Positions 1 through 9,868 of a stretch of 64,000 nucleotides of DNA are shown one piece after another. This DNA comes from Deferribacterales bacterium (GTDB taxonomy: Bacteria > Chrysiogenota > Deferribacteres > Deferribacterales > Geovibrionaceae), in contig JBFWJG010000003.1 of assembly GCA_050253335.1 (NCBI GenBank), positions 1-64,000 of the forward strand, read 5' to 3'. A model generated the notes under the pieces. That model was not told the origin of the DNA. It saw only the letters and a program-made list of their open reading frames with translations, and did not search any database. The stretch's first letter is position 1. Every line of letters starts with the position of its first letter. The position numbers were made by a program, and so were the translations under genes.

Positions 1-119
1 AGCTCCTGAAGCAGTTGCTTCTGGCTTGATATTTTTTCTGATATTTCCTTATTGAATTGCTCAAAGTCTTTGTCTTCGTTTTGTACTTTTTCACTTGCCG
101 ATTTTTCTTTATTTCTTTT

Positions 120-842
120 CAGAGCAACGTTTCTTTCAGGAAAGACCTTGTTATTATGGATCTCACAAAGACACCCACAGATCTCCGAAAGGTTCTTGTT
201 CTGGCATTTGCCAATATTACGGAACAGGAGATTTACAAGGGTGACCGTAAGACTCCGCAGTTTGTCACACTGGATGAGAGCTGGCAGACTTTGAGCGAGA
301 ACCCTTATGCGGCAAGGTTTGTTGAAGGGCTTTACAGGAAGGCAAGGAAATATAACGCTTCGGTTTCCATTGCCACTCAGTCACTACATGACCTCCACCC
401 TGAACACGGCAAACTCAAATATCTCGGCAACGTAATAAGAACCCAGTCGGCTTTCAGCTTCGCACTGTATGATGAAGACTTTGATTTTGCATTTGAGCAT
501 AAGATACTGAATATGGGTGAGTTTGAGTTCAATATGCTTATCAAAAAAATTCCGAAAGACTCTGTTCCTAAATATTCTGAAATATATGTCCGCACTCCCA
601 GCGGAAACAACGTCATCAGGCTGATTGTGGATGAGTTCATGTATTTCATGAATACATCCGACCCGGCAGACTTCAACTATCTCAAGAGTCACGCAGAACG
701 TTTCATTCAGAATGGCCACAGCAAACAGGAAGCAATGAGCATGGCGATTGACGAGGCTGTTAAGGAAGCTAAGAAGGCAGGAGGGATAGGCAAGCTCAGG
801 GATTATATTAAATCACGTTTCGGCACGGAGGCGGCATCATGA
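120..842 (+). pseudogene. traC: C-terminal fragment of conjugative ATPase TraC/VirB4 (5' part missing)
   Basis: Walker B region 'FVTLDESWQTL' and 'YRKARKYNASVSIATQSL' typical of the TraC C-terminus, followed by trbI/traW/traU; all three + frames hit stops within nt 1-56, so it cannot continue upstream. Confidence 0.75.
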
Positions 843-1135
843 GAAACCTTATTGTTGCAATAGCTTTAATGGCGGTTATTTGTGCTTACCACTTTACTGT
901 TATTGAGCGCAATTACATAAAACGTGCGGATCTCGCCGTGGTTGACACAGACCTCTATTTGGAGGAACTGGCAACGGCAGTTTATGAAGGTCAGCTCACA
1001 TCAGACCAGTTTAAGTCCAGTGTGGAGCATTTCCGCAACGGTCTGGAGTCATACCGCGCCGCCGGTTACATAGTATTCTCTGCCCGCAGTGTTGCCGCAG
1101 GTGTGGACAATGACATCACCGGAGAGCTGAAATGA
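839..1135 (+). CDS. trbI: TrbI-like F-type conjugal transfer protein
   Basis: N-terminal TM helix, C-terminal 'SVAAGVDNDIT', position between traC and traW. Confidence 0.55.
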   Translation: MRNLIVAIALMAVICAYHFTVIERNYIKRADLAVVDTDLYLEELATAVYEGQLTSDQFKSSVEHFRNGLESYRAAGYIVFSARSVAAGVDNDITGELK

Positions 1136-1782
1136 AAGCCGTCCTGATTGCTCTGTTGCTTATTCCTGCTGCCGTATCCGCAAAAGATCTGGGCACAACC
1201 GGCAAGACATATCCCGTTGCTGAAAAAGACCTGTTGCACGAGATAGAGAACAGAGCGGCGCAGACTGACTGGGAAGGCATCTTCAGGAAAGAGCAGGAAA
1301 AAATCCGCAATGAGGCTGGCAAAGGCAAAATCCCGCTGCCAGCTTCTGACAATGCTACAAGCTATCTCATCGACATGACATATACACTGCCGCACGACAT
1401 TCCCAAAGTCAGCCCTGAAGGGCAGGTAGTGGGCGTGCTCTATCCTAAGGGCTATAAGTTCAACCCGCTTGAGTACACGAAGATAAACGAAACATACGTC
1501 ATCTTCAACAGCAGCCGCAAGGCGGAAGTGGACTGGTTTGTCAGCAACTACCGCAATCAGCCGCTGGTTTATCCCATCATTTCCGAAGGAAACGTTTTTG
1601 ATGTGGCCGAACGGCTCGGCAGACCTGTCTACCTGCTGGATGAGCAGCTCCGGAAGCTTTTCCAGATAGAGCGCACTGTCAGTGTGGTTTATCCGGAAGG
1701 GAAGTTTATGAGAGTCGATGTACTGAGGATTACAGATGAAGAAAATAATAATCACAATAATATTGGCGTTCGCGGTCTTTGA
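1132..1782 (+). CDS. traW: Conjugal pilus assembly protein TraW
   Basis: Signal peptide followed by 'KDLGTTGKTYPVAEKDLL' TraW signature. Confidence 0.8.
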   Translation: MKAVLIALLLIPAAVSAKDLGTTGKTYPVAEKDLLHEIENRAAQTDWEGIFRKEQEKIRNEAGKGKIPLPASDNATSYLIDMTYTLPHDIPKVSPEGQVVGVLYPKGYKFNPLEYTKINETYVIFNSSRKAEVDWFVSNYRNQPLVYPIISEGNVFDVAERLGRPVYLLDEQLRKLFQIERTVSVVYPEGKFMRVDVLRITDEENNNHNNIGVRGL

Positions 1783-2752
1783 GGCTTCGGCGGTCTGCGC
1801 CGGGCCGTTCATGGATCCCATCACCCGTGTACGCTGGAACTGCCTTCTTCCGATAACAATCGGCGGAATTCCGTGGGGAAGCTCCGGCAACCCTCTGGCG
1901 GATGCTGCCGACCGCAACGCCGGAGTCGGAACGCAGATGCCGCTTTGTGTCTGTGCAGACCCGTTTCCGCGCATAGGTATCACCCTCGGTTATAGGGAGC
2001 CTATCAGGATAATTGAAAGTGTGAAAGACCCTTTTTGTTTTCCCAGTCTTGGCTTCGGCATGAGCCAGACAGCATGGGGCGGCGGAGCGAAATCAACAAA
2101 CAAAGGCAAAGGCGGAGGGATAGACTACACAAACACGCATATGTATATCTTTCTGCCGTTCACACTCATGGAGATATTCACTGACCTTATCTGTATGCAG
2201 ACTGACGCAAAATACACAGGCATAGCGGGCGGTCTCAGCATTGCATATATGTCCGAGTTTATGCCGCAGAAGAAATCCGATGCCCTGGCTCTTCTTATGA
2301 CTCCTGAAGCTCTCTTGTTCGCGAACCCCGTAGCCGTGATGGCCTGCCAGATTCCGGATGCTATCGCAACTATGGCAGAATACACTATTCCGCCCCTCTA
2401 CTGGTGCGCGGGCAATCACAGCATCTTTCCCCTGTCAAACAACACCATAAGCATGGGCAACTATGTTGAAGCCGCAGAAGTCAATGCTGCCAAGCTGATC
2501 TTTGAGCAGCACAGAAGCCTCCAGCTCTGGGGCTCTCTCGGAAGTCAGGGGCTGTGCGGTTATTATCCCATGCCGATCTGGAACAAAATGCAGTATCGCC
2601 TTCAGACAGCCATGCCGGTTCCTGATTACTACTGCCGCAGATTAGGCCAGCCTTCAATCATATGGAACCACGGCAAGAATCCACCGGGCGCACCGAATAA
2701 CGACAATCTGGCGTTCATACTCTGGCGCAAACGAGACTGCTGCGCGTTTTAA
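1736..2752 (+). CDS. traU: Conjugal transfer protein TraU
   Basis: 'DPITRVRWNCLLPITIGG', 'CVCADPFPRIG', Cys-rich, ends 'WRKRDCCAF'. Confidence 0.9.
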   Translation: MKKIIITIILAFAVFEASAVCAGPFMDPITRVRWNCLLPITIGGIPWGSSGNPLADAADRNAGVGTQMPLCVCADPFPRIGITLGYREPIRIIESVKDPFCFPSLGFGMSQTAWGGGAKSTNKGKGGGIDYTNTHMYIFLPFTLMEIFTDLICMQTDAKYTGIAGGLSIAYMSEFMPQKKSDALALLMTPEALLFANPVAVMACQIPDAIATMAEYTIPPLYWCAGNHSIFPLSNNTISMGNYVEAAEVNAAKLIFEQHRSLQLWGSLGSQGLCGYYPMPIWNKMQYRLQTAMPVPDYYCRRLGQPSIIWNHGKNPPGAPNNDNLAFILWRKRDCCAF

Positions 2753-2762
2753 GGAGGAAATT

Positions 2763-3467
2763 ATGAAAGATTTGCTTGAAAGAGTTCTGGCAGATAAGCC
2801 TGAGTGTATGATGACAGATATCCAAGATACAACAATTTATCAAGGCACTCTTTATCGCTTCATAGTCGAAGAATATTGGCAGAATAACGCCTCAGTAAAT
2901 ATCTTTCAGGTTTGCGGCTCATGCCATCCTGACTATATAAACAGCCCTTGGATATATATCCTCACGGACGGAAAGAGGATAAAACGCAATCTTGAGATGT
3001 TCAGAGAAAACCCCGGTTACTACACTGAATCGGCTACTAAAGACCCCACTATGTTTTATACAAAGCATGATAATGTGCTTTATCTGTCCGGTGACGGAAA
3101 CCACAGAACCGCCATAGCAAAGGCATATTTCCATTATATCGGAGCTGAAGAACTCAAAGGCGTTAAGCTCACTGACAATGTTATTGACCATGCTCTTGCC
3201 GAAGCTTTCAGCAAACTTCAGACAATGTGCGCTCAAATTAAGAAGCCCACACTGATTCCTGAACTGATCAGCCAGCTTACAGCAAGAGATGACGGTGCAG
3301 GCTGGCAGAAAAACAGGTTCAAACTGACTGTGAAGCTGATGAATGTTTCTTCCGGAAACATTATCTTTCTTAATACTGATGAGATTTATGAGCTTATCGA
3401 AGAAATGAAATCCAATCCATTGTTCCGTATGTTCCGTTCAAACAGATACGCTAAATTTCTAAGGTGA
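2763..3467 (+). CDS. Hypothetical protein with ParB/Srx-like DGxHR motif; paralogue of 15948-16670
   Basis: 'LSGDGNHRTAIAKA'; AAGGAGG RBS; C-terminus nearly identical to that of 15948-16670. Confidence 0.6.
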   Translation: MKDLLERVLADKPECMMTDIQDTTIYQGTLYRFIVEEYWQNNASVNIFQVCGSCHPDYINSPWIYILTDGKRIKRNLEMFRENPGYYTESATKDPTMFYTKHDNVLYLSGDGNHRTAIAKAYFHYIGAEELKGVKLTDNVIDHALAEAFSKLQTMCAQIKKPTLIPELISQLTARDDGAGWQKNRFKLTVKLMNVSSGNIIFLNTDEIYELIEEMKSNPLFRMFRSNRYAKFLR

Positions 3468-3470
3468 TTT

Positions 3471-4244
3471 ATGAAAAAACTCCTGCTTATTTTTACTCTT
3501 ATGTCAGCGGCAGCATATGCCACTGAACCTCTTCAGGTAAATAAAAAGAAAGAATTCTGGACAGACCGGGAAAGGGGCTGGTACTGGTACGAAGAGGAAC
3601 CTATAAAGGAAGAACCCTCAAATGACAATAAAACCGCTCAGAAGCCGTTTTCTAAGCCGTCAGTTGATTGGGATGCTGTCTGGACGATGCACCCGCAGGA
3701 ATTCAGCAAACTCATTGATGATGTGAAGCATTATGCAATAATGTACCCAACGCAAGAGAATGTGAAGGATTACCTTCAGATGCAGTCCATTGCTTTGGAT
3801 CGCTCCAGGGCGTTCATGGATGCGGCCACCATGGTGAGCCAGACAACGCCGGAACTCTCCAGAGAAAGCACGTTCCCTGTGTCCACCGTTGGCCAGAACG
3901 AGCTGCACAGACAACGCCAGGCTAACATAGACTCTATCCTCCAACAGAACAGGGAACGTTATGCCCTGCTGTACTTCTATTCACCGACCTGCGGCGCATG
4001 TGCAAAACAGCAGCCGATATTACAGTATTTTGAGCAGGAAACAGGCTGGTACATAAAGCCGGTGGACGTGAATGAAGACCAGATAGCCGTCATGCGCTTC
4101 GGCATCCAGTCCACACCGTCACTGGTGATGATAGAAAGGAACTCTCCGGAATGGATCCTCATCGGTTCCGCCATCCTCTCTCTGCCTGAGATTAAGGAGA
4201 GGATCGTCCGCAGCATTGACAAAGGGCAGATGGTGGGGAGGTAG
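3471..4244 (+). CDS. traF: Conjugal transfer protein TraF (thioredoxin-like)
   Basis: Signal peptide, 'RGWYWYEE', 'FYSPTCGAC', 'TPSL'. Confidence 0.85.
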   Translation: MKKLLLIFTLMSAAAYATEPLQVNKKKEFWTDRERGWYWYEEEPIKEEPSNDNKTAQKPFSKPSVDWDAVWTMHPQEFSKLIDDVKHYAIMYPTQENVKDYLQMQSIALDRSRAFMDAATMVSQTTPELSRESTFPVSTVGQNELHRQRQANIDSILQQNRERYALLYFYSPTCGACAKQQPILQYFEQETGWYIKPVDVNEDQIAVMRFGIQSTPSLVMIERNSPEWILIGSAILSLPEIKERIVRSIDKGQMVGR

Positions 4245-4246
4245 GG

Positions 4247-4375
4247 ATGTTTAACAGGAAGGAATTGAAAAGATTTCGAGAGGAAAATGCCGCTTTAAGA
4301 CAGCAGATTAAGCAACTTACTGAAGAGTCTGAACTCATAAAAATGATTTCTTTATTGTCTACGTTGACTTTTTGA
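4247..4375 (+). pseudogene. 42-aa coiled-coil ORF, probably truncated by insertion of the AT-rich methylase cassette
   Basis: ATG 2 nt after the traF stop; MFNRKELKRFREENAALRQQIKQLTEESEL..., ends where composition turns AT-rich. Confidence 0.35.
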
Positions 4376-4596
4376 TTGAATAAAGAGCATTCTTTCAATC
4401 CTTATTCTACTAATGTATAAGTTTCTTAAACGTAATATCATATCTTGTTAAACATTACCAGATACTGCTCAAAATGTGCCAAAGATTCAGATTTTAGCAT
4501 CAAAGTGTAAAATATTTTTAAGAGTAAATATTCCTGGACATTATTGTTGACTTGTCTTAATGTTAATATTAAATCAAGTTGAAACAAGGGGTTATT

Positions 4597-5829
4597 ATGG
4601 GTTATAATTTCATTGATCTATTTGCAGGTTGTGGAGGGTTGTCGCTTGGACTCAAAACAACAGGCTGGAAAGGTCTATTTGCAATTGAAAAAAACCAAGA
4701 TGCCTTTGAAACCCTTAAGCATAATTTTTCAAATAAATATCCATTTGAATGGCCAGATTGGTTGCCATTTGAAAATATAGATATCAACTATCTGTTAGTA
4801 CATTACAGAGATAGATTGTATCAGCTTAAAGGGAAAGTTGATATGATTGCGGGAGGACCTCCGTGCCAAGGGTTTTCTTATGCAGGAAAAAGAGATGCGG
4901 CAGACCCTAGAAATAGCTTATGTACATCATATTTAAATATAGTTGAGTTAGTTGAACCTAAAATAATACTTTTTGAAAATGTTAAAGGATTTACTTCTGG
5001 TTTTAAAGTGCAAAATAGCAACGGTATCACAAAAAAAACGAAACCCGTATCTGAACAAATAAGCGATGCATTTACTAAACTAGGATATAAGGTTTTTTCA
5101 AATGTTATATCTGCTTCTGATATTGGAGTACCACAATCAAGACATCGTTTTGTTATGATTGCCATAAAGCACGATATAATAAACAACAGTGTAACTAATG
5201 AAATTTTCTTTGATAAATACATGAATTTTGTCAGCAAATTTAAAGAAGAAAAAAAGTTACCAAAAGACAAAGTCACTGTGAGAATGGCTATTGATGACTT
5301 ATCTATAACTAATAATAAAATTATACCTTCCAGAGAATCCCATGGTTTTAATGAAATTGAATATCTAAACACTAGTATTGACAACAGTTACTTAAAGATC
5401 ATGAGAAATAATTGTAATAAACCAAGCAACTTAAGACTAGCAAATCATAAAGAAAGTACAATAAAACGTATGAGATATATTCTATCTCATTGTAGCAGAG
5501 GCAAATCTATAGATAATGCCACAAAAGAATATCTAAATATTAAGAAACAAACAACTATTCCATTAGATCCTGATGGAATAGCGCCAACAATAACTACTCA
5601 TCCTGATGACATTATTCATTACAGTGAACCCAGAATTTTAACCGTTAGAGAGTTAGCTAGACTTCAGTCTTTTCCTGATTGGTTCGAGTTTAAAGGGAAG
5701 TATACAACAGGTGGACTGAGGCGAAGAAATGAATGCCCAAAATATACTCAAGTAGGTAATGCAGTCCCCCCTCTTTTAGCTGAATCTTTGGGTAAATTTA
5801 TAATGAAATTACTAAATGGTGAACTATGA
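4597..5829 (+). CDS. DNA (cytosine-5)-methyltransferase
   Basis: Motif I 'DLFAGCGG', IV 'GGPPCQGFS', VI 'ENV', VIII 'QSRHR', IX 'RELARLQSF', X 'VGNAVPP'; ATG start chosen (TTG at 4579 possible). Confidence 0.95.
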   Translation: MGYNFIDLFAGCGGLSLGLKTTGWKGLFAIEKNQDAFETLKHNFSNKYPFEWPDWLPFENIDINYLLVHYRDRLYQLKGKVDMIAGGPPCQGFSYAGKRDAADPRNSLCTSYLNIVELVEPKIILFENVKGFTSGFKVQNSNGITKKTKPVSEQISDAFTKLGYKVFSNVISASDIGVPQSRHRFVMIAIKHDIINNSVTNEIFFDKYMNFVSKFKEEKKLPKDKVTVRMAIDDLSITNNKIIPSRESHGFNEIEYLNTSIDNSYLKIMRNNCNKPSNLRLANHKESTIKRMRYILSHCSRGKSIDNATKEYLNIKKQTTIPLDPDGIAPTITTHPDDIIHYSEPRILTVRELARLQSFPDWFEFKGKYTTGGLRRRNECPKYTQVGNAVPPLLAESLGKFIMKLLNGEL

Positions 5830-8258
5830 GCAATCAGTTATACTTTAAAGTCAACACTGAGTTAAAAAGTATCATTGGAAAGGATCTTATAAATGATGAT
5901 AATGTTGCTATAATTGAACTTATTAAAAACTCATATGATGCGCAAGCTAGTCTGACCACAGTTGAATTCAACTCAATGGACGATAAATTAATAATTGCGG
6001 ATAACGGCATAGGAATGAGTTTAGAAGATATAAGTGAGAAATGGCTGAATATTGCACATTCGAGCAAGAAAGTCGTTAAAGATAAGGCGATTGCTGGTAA
6101 CAAGGGAGTTGGACGATTTTCTTGTGACAGGTTGGGAACTATTCTCGAAATGTACACGTTTACAAAGAATTCCCTCCCCATAAAACTCACTGTTAATTGG
6201 GAAGATTTTGAGATATACGATCCTCAAAAAGAAATAACTCATATCTCAATGAAATACGAAGAAGTAAGTGCAAATGAAGTTTTTAATCAAACAAGTTTAA
6301 AGTTGACAACACAAGGGACTGTTCTTGTAATAAAAAATCTTAGAAAAAAATGGGGTAATGAATCTTTAATAAAACTAAGAAGAGAGTTAGGAAAATTTAT
6401 TAGTCCCTATGCAAATACTGATTTTTTGATTGAGATGGTATGTATTGGAGAAGAATTTTCCTCTAATCTCAATGGAGCAATAAGAAATACAATCATTTCC
6501 GATACAATAAGTAAAACTTCATATATAAAATCAAAAATTGAAAATAATATTATAACTTCTTCCTTGTTTTACGAAGGGCAGCAACTTTTTACCATATATG
6601 AAAATAATCCCTATCAAAATTTAGATAACATAGAAATGGAAATTGTTTACCTAGGTACTTATGAAAAAGCATTTTTTACTCGCAGAATGGGATACAGAAA
6701 TTCTGAATATGGATCAATTTTTTTATTTGTAAATGGTTTTAGAATATCTCCGTTAGGTGATCCTGATAATGACTGGCTTGGTGTTGATAGACGTCACGCA
6801 CAAGGTACAAGACGCTATCTCGGTAATAGAGATATACTGGGAAGAATTGATATAAAAGATAATAATAACCTATGGAAAGTTACTTCTAGCCGAGAAGGTA
6901 TTGTTGAAAATGATTCATATAATGAACTTACTTTTACAAATATTGGTGAAACAAGAGGAAGACTTGGGTATTTCCAGAGAATATTTAGAAAACTGGAGAG
7001 GTATGTTATTGAGGGATTAGACTGGGATGGTTATGAAGATGAAAATGCCTTCAATATATTATTAAAAACAGGTAACGATAATAATCTTGAGAAACGAACT
7101 CCTGATAACAATCGTCGCAAACAAATAGTTCAATCATTACTATCAATAATAACAGCAGGTGGTACAAAAAGTTCTGATATTTTATTTCTAGAGTTTAATG
7201 ATGGTTTTCTGACAGTGCTCAAAGAACAACACGATAATATTATAAATACTTTTTATAATGAAATGGAAGGGATTATAGAAAAGAGTGATAAGCCAGAGCA
7301 ATTTCATAGAAATCTTGAGCATTTTAAGCAGTTGGTTGAAAAAGCAAAAGAAAAAGATCGGAAAAATCAATTACTTCTACAGCAAAAATATGAATTAGAA
7401 AAGAAGCTCGAACAAGAAAAAGAAAAATCAAGATTACTGGAAATAGAGCGGATTAAAGCTGAAGAGGAAAAAACCAAAGCAAATGAAGCGCGTATTATTG
7501 CCGATAAAGCGCGTATTGAAGCAGAAAAAGATAAAAAGACGGCGGAGATTAAAGTCCAGCAAAAAGCACAGGAGAACTTATTTTTGAAAGCAACTTTATC
7601 AACAGACATGGAAGATGTTGTTAAAATTGCTCATATATTCATTATTTGGTCGAATACAATCAAAAAAACCATTAGCCGCTTAATCAGTGAGTTGTCTATA
7701 TCTAATCCAGAGATACTTGAGAAACATACACGAGTGTATTATGCGCTCGAACTGATAGATAAGATTAATGCCAACTCAAAGATTATCTCAAAACATAATG
7801 TTAAGATCAACTCCCAGAATACAACAACTGATTTAATTGGTTTTATTAAAAACTACTTGAATGATGCGTTAATTAGCATCGAAGATCAAAGGTTAGAGTA
7901 TAACATAAAGATATCAGATGATATTGAATTTATAACAACATTTAAAACGCTCGAGTTTTCAATAGTATTAGATAATTTACTTAATAATGCGAAAAAAGCT
8001 GGAGCAACAATGATTACTATAGATATACAGGAACTTACAAAGGATTATATTATTTTAGCATTTTCCGATAATGGAAAAGGCTTAAGCGAAACAATCAATG
8101 ACCCTAATGATATTTTTAATTTTGGATTTACTACAACAGACGGCTCTGGAGTAGGCTTATATCATTGTAAATCCATTATAGACGAATTGAAGGGTGAGAT
8201 CTCTGTAAGCAAATACAATGGGTTTACTTTATACATTAAAATTCCGAAACTGGTGTAA
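5826..8258 (+). CDS. MORC/GHKL ATPase fused through a coiled coil to a C-terminal histidine kinase module
   Basis: N-terminal GHKL boxes 'ELIKNSYDA', 'DNGIGM', 'GNKGVGRFS'; E/K-rich coiled coil; second set 'DNLLNNA', 'DNGKG', 'IFNFGFTT', 'GSGVGL'; candidate phospho-His in 'KIAHIF'. Confidence 0.85.
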   Translation: MSNQLYFKVNTELKSIIGKDLINDDNVAIIELIKNSYDAQASLTTVEFNSMDDKLIIADNGIGMSLEDISEKWLNIAHSSKKVVKDKAIAGNKGVGRFSCDRLGTILEMYTFTKNSLPIKLTVNWEDFEIYDPQKEITHISMKYEEVSANEVFNQTSLKLTTQGTVLVIKNLRKKWGNESLIKLRRELGKFISPYANTDFLIEMVCIGEEFSSNLNGAIRNTIISDTISKTSYIKSKIENNIITSSLFYEGQQLFTIYENNPYQNLDNIEMEIVYLGTYEKAFFTRRMGYRNSEYGSIFLFVNGFRISPLGDPDNDWLGVDRRHAQGTRRYLGNRDILGRIDIKDNNNLWKVTSSREGIVENDSYNELTFTNIGETRGRLGYFQRIFRKLERYVIEGLDWDGYEDENAFNILLKTGNDNNLEKRTPDNNRRKQIVQSLLSIITAGGTKSSDILFLEFNDGFLTVLKEQHDNIINTFYNEMEGIIEKSDKPEQFHRNLEHFKQLVEKAKEKDRKNQLLLQQKYELEKKLEQEKEKSRLLEIERIKAEEEKTKANEARIIADKARIEAEKDKKTAEIKVQQKAQENLFLKATLSTDMEDVVKIAHIFIIWSNTIKKTISRLISELSISNPEILEKHTRVYYALELIDKINANSKIISKHNVKINSQNTTTDLIGFIKNYLNDALISIEDQRLEYNIKISDDIEFITTFKTLEFSIVLDNLLNNAKKAGATMITIDIQELTKDYIILAFSDNGKGLSETINDPNDIFNFGFTTTDGSGVGLYHCKSIIDELKGEISVSKYNGFTLYIKIPKLV

Positions 8259-8259
8259 T

Positions 8260-9168
8260 ATGAGATTAAACTACAAAGTTCTATGGCTTGATGACCAAAT
8301 TCGCAGTGTCAATGATGAAATAGAAGAAGTCAAAACCTACATTAACAGCAAAGGTTTTTATCCTGATTTTACTACAGAGTCAACATTTACAAGAATGTAC
8401 ATCGAAAAACAGCTTTCTCAGCCATGGAATATAATTGTTTTTGATTACGATACAGGGAATGCTGAATTTAGTGGTCTAACGGCCATTGATACAGTCAGAC
8501 GGTGTGAATATTATACTGAGATCGTTATATACACAACAACACAATCAAATCTTGATAAAATAAGAACAGAATTTAAAGAGGGTGTATTTTCATCTCTTCG
8601 AGATAACGTTGTTGAAAAGGTAAAAACCGTTATTGACTTGACATTAAAAAAGATAATGGATGTAAATGTTATGAGGGGGCTTGTCCTTGCTTCTGTTGCA
8701 GAAAATGATTTTCTAATGAATAAAGTTTTAGAACATATATTAGAAACAGAGCCCAGTTTGATTCTGAAACAAGAAACATTGAGAAAAGAGATTGATAATA
8801 AAATTGAAGATACAAATAAAAGAAGAGCACAGAAGCTTGACGAAAATAATGACACATTAATTAGTTACTATATAAATTCCAACATACTCACCTCTGAAAC
8901 TCGAAAAGATTTTTTTATGAGACTTGGAAAGAATCATTCTGATTGTAAGAAATATTACGAATCAATTAAGCCGTATACAGATATACTTAAAAAACGTAAT
9001 TTACTCGCTCATGGACATACTTGCATTGATTCTGGTAGAGAGTGTATTCGTTCAATACATGAAAATGAAACAGGAATATTTACCCTTGAAGATGCACTTG
9101 ATTTACGGAAAAAACTTATAAGTTATAAGGATATTTTTGAGGATATTGCAAAGATATTTGAAAGATAA
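8260..9168 (+). CDS. Response-regulator receiver domain fused to a putative HEPN-type RNase domain
   Basis: 'KVLWLDD', 'IIVFDYD', 'IVIYT' receiver strands; helical C-terminus with 'KKRNLLAHG' (RxxxxH) at nt 8995-9012; ATG 1 nt after the kinase stop. Confidence 0.65.
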   Translation: MRLNYKVLWLDDQIRSVNDEIEEVKTYINSKGFYPDFTTESTFTRMYIEKQLSQPWNIIVFDYDTGNAEFSGLTAIDTVRRCEYYTEIVIYTTTQSNLDKIRTEFKEGVFSSLRDNVVEKVKTVIDLTLKKIMDVNVMRGLVLASVAENDFLMNKVLEHILETEPSLILKQETLRKEIDNKIEDTNKRRAQKLDENNDTLISYYINSNILTSETRKDFFMRLGKNHSDCKKYYESIKPYTDILKKRNLLAHGHTCIDSGRECIRSIHENETGIFTLEDALDLRKKLISYKDIFEDIAKIFER

Positions 9169-9244
9169 CAATAAGTATTCCCAGCAATGCTGAACATAAT
9201 ATTTCATACATAATTTTAGGCAGAAATAATTATAATCCCCCCAC

Positions 9245-9276
9245 CACCTCCTTAGCCATTACATGGTAAGGAGGTG
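9245..9276 (+). promoter_or_regulatory. Hairpin sequestering the ssb Shine-Dalgarno (copy 1)
   Basis: CACCTCCTTA-GCCAT-TAC-ATGG-TAAGGAGGTG; ATG at 9282. Confidence 0.7.
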
Positions 9277-9281
9277 CTTTC

Positions 9282-9662
9282 ATGTATCACAACAAGCATA
9301 CCATAATCGGAAACATTACCAGAAAACCGGAACTGGAATACCCCAAGAGTAAGAAAGGCAGTGAATTTGCCCTCTGCAAATTCGGCGTTGCCGCCAACAA
9401 ACCTAAGTCGGAAAATCCTTTCTTTATCGAAGTTGTTGTTTTCGGCGCACAGGCCGAAGCTTGCGCTGAATATCTCGACAAGGGCGCACCTGTCTTCATC
9501 GAAGGTGAACCGCAGTATGATTCATGGGAAGACAAGGAAGGGAACTTTTCCTCAAAAATCTACCTGAAAGCCAACGATGTTCAGTTTCTGCCCAGAAAAG
9601 AGAAATCAAAAAACGAACCCGACAATGATACTGACAAAAAAGGCAACAGACGGAGACGCTGA
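9282..9662 (+). CDS. ssb: Single-stranded DNA-binding protein
   Basis: 'NKHTIIGNITRKPEL', 'FGAQAEACAEYLDKGAPVFIEG', 'ANDVQFL'. Confidence 0.9.
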   Translation: MYHNKHTIIGNITRKPELEYPKSKKGSEFALCKFGVAANKPKSENPFFIEVVVFGAQAEACAEYLDKGAPVFIEGEPQYDSWEDKEGNFSSKIYLKANDVQFLPRKEKSKNEPDNDTDKKGNRRRR

Positions 9663-9859
9663 TGCCTGACTACAATGACAGCTACATCGAATTGCTTGAA
9701 GAACACATCCAACTGAAGCGCACCCTAGAGAAGGTGCGCCTTCTTGTATCCCTCACAGTCGGAACATCCGAAGAAAACAGAGACTATGAACGGATCTTCA
9801 ATGAAATTTATCACATCATGCTTGCCGATGATGAGCGCATCGGCAGGATAACAAGCTGA
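9662..9859 (+). CDS. Hypothetical 65-aa protein
   Basis: Start overlaps the ssb stop; fills the gap to traN. Confidence 0.6.
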   Translation: MPDYNDSYIELLEEHIQLKRTLEKVRLLVSLTVGTSEENRDYERIFNEIYHIMLADDERIGRITS

Positions 9860-9868
9860 AGGTGTCCT

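Noticed and set aside
57..119. Listed N-terminus of the 261-aa ORF
   Set aside because: The Phe-rich stretch is the antisense of a K/E-rich minus-strand fragment, not TraC-like
1066..1983. 305-aa minus-strand ORF (and similar antisense ORFs, e.g. 44922-45626, 55295-55966)
   Set aside because: Shadow frames of well-supported opposite-strand genes
4597..9168. Ordinary type II restriction-modification system
   Set aside because: No recognisable PD-(D/E)xK, HNH or Vsr gene; partners are a kinase hybrid and a receiver protein (a cryptic nuclease domain cannot be excluded)
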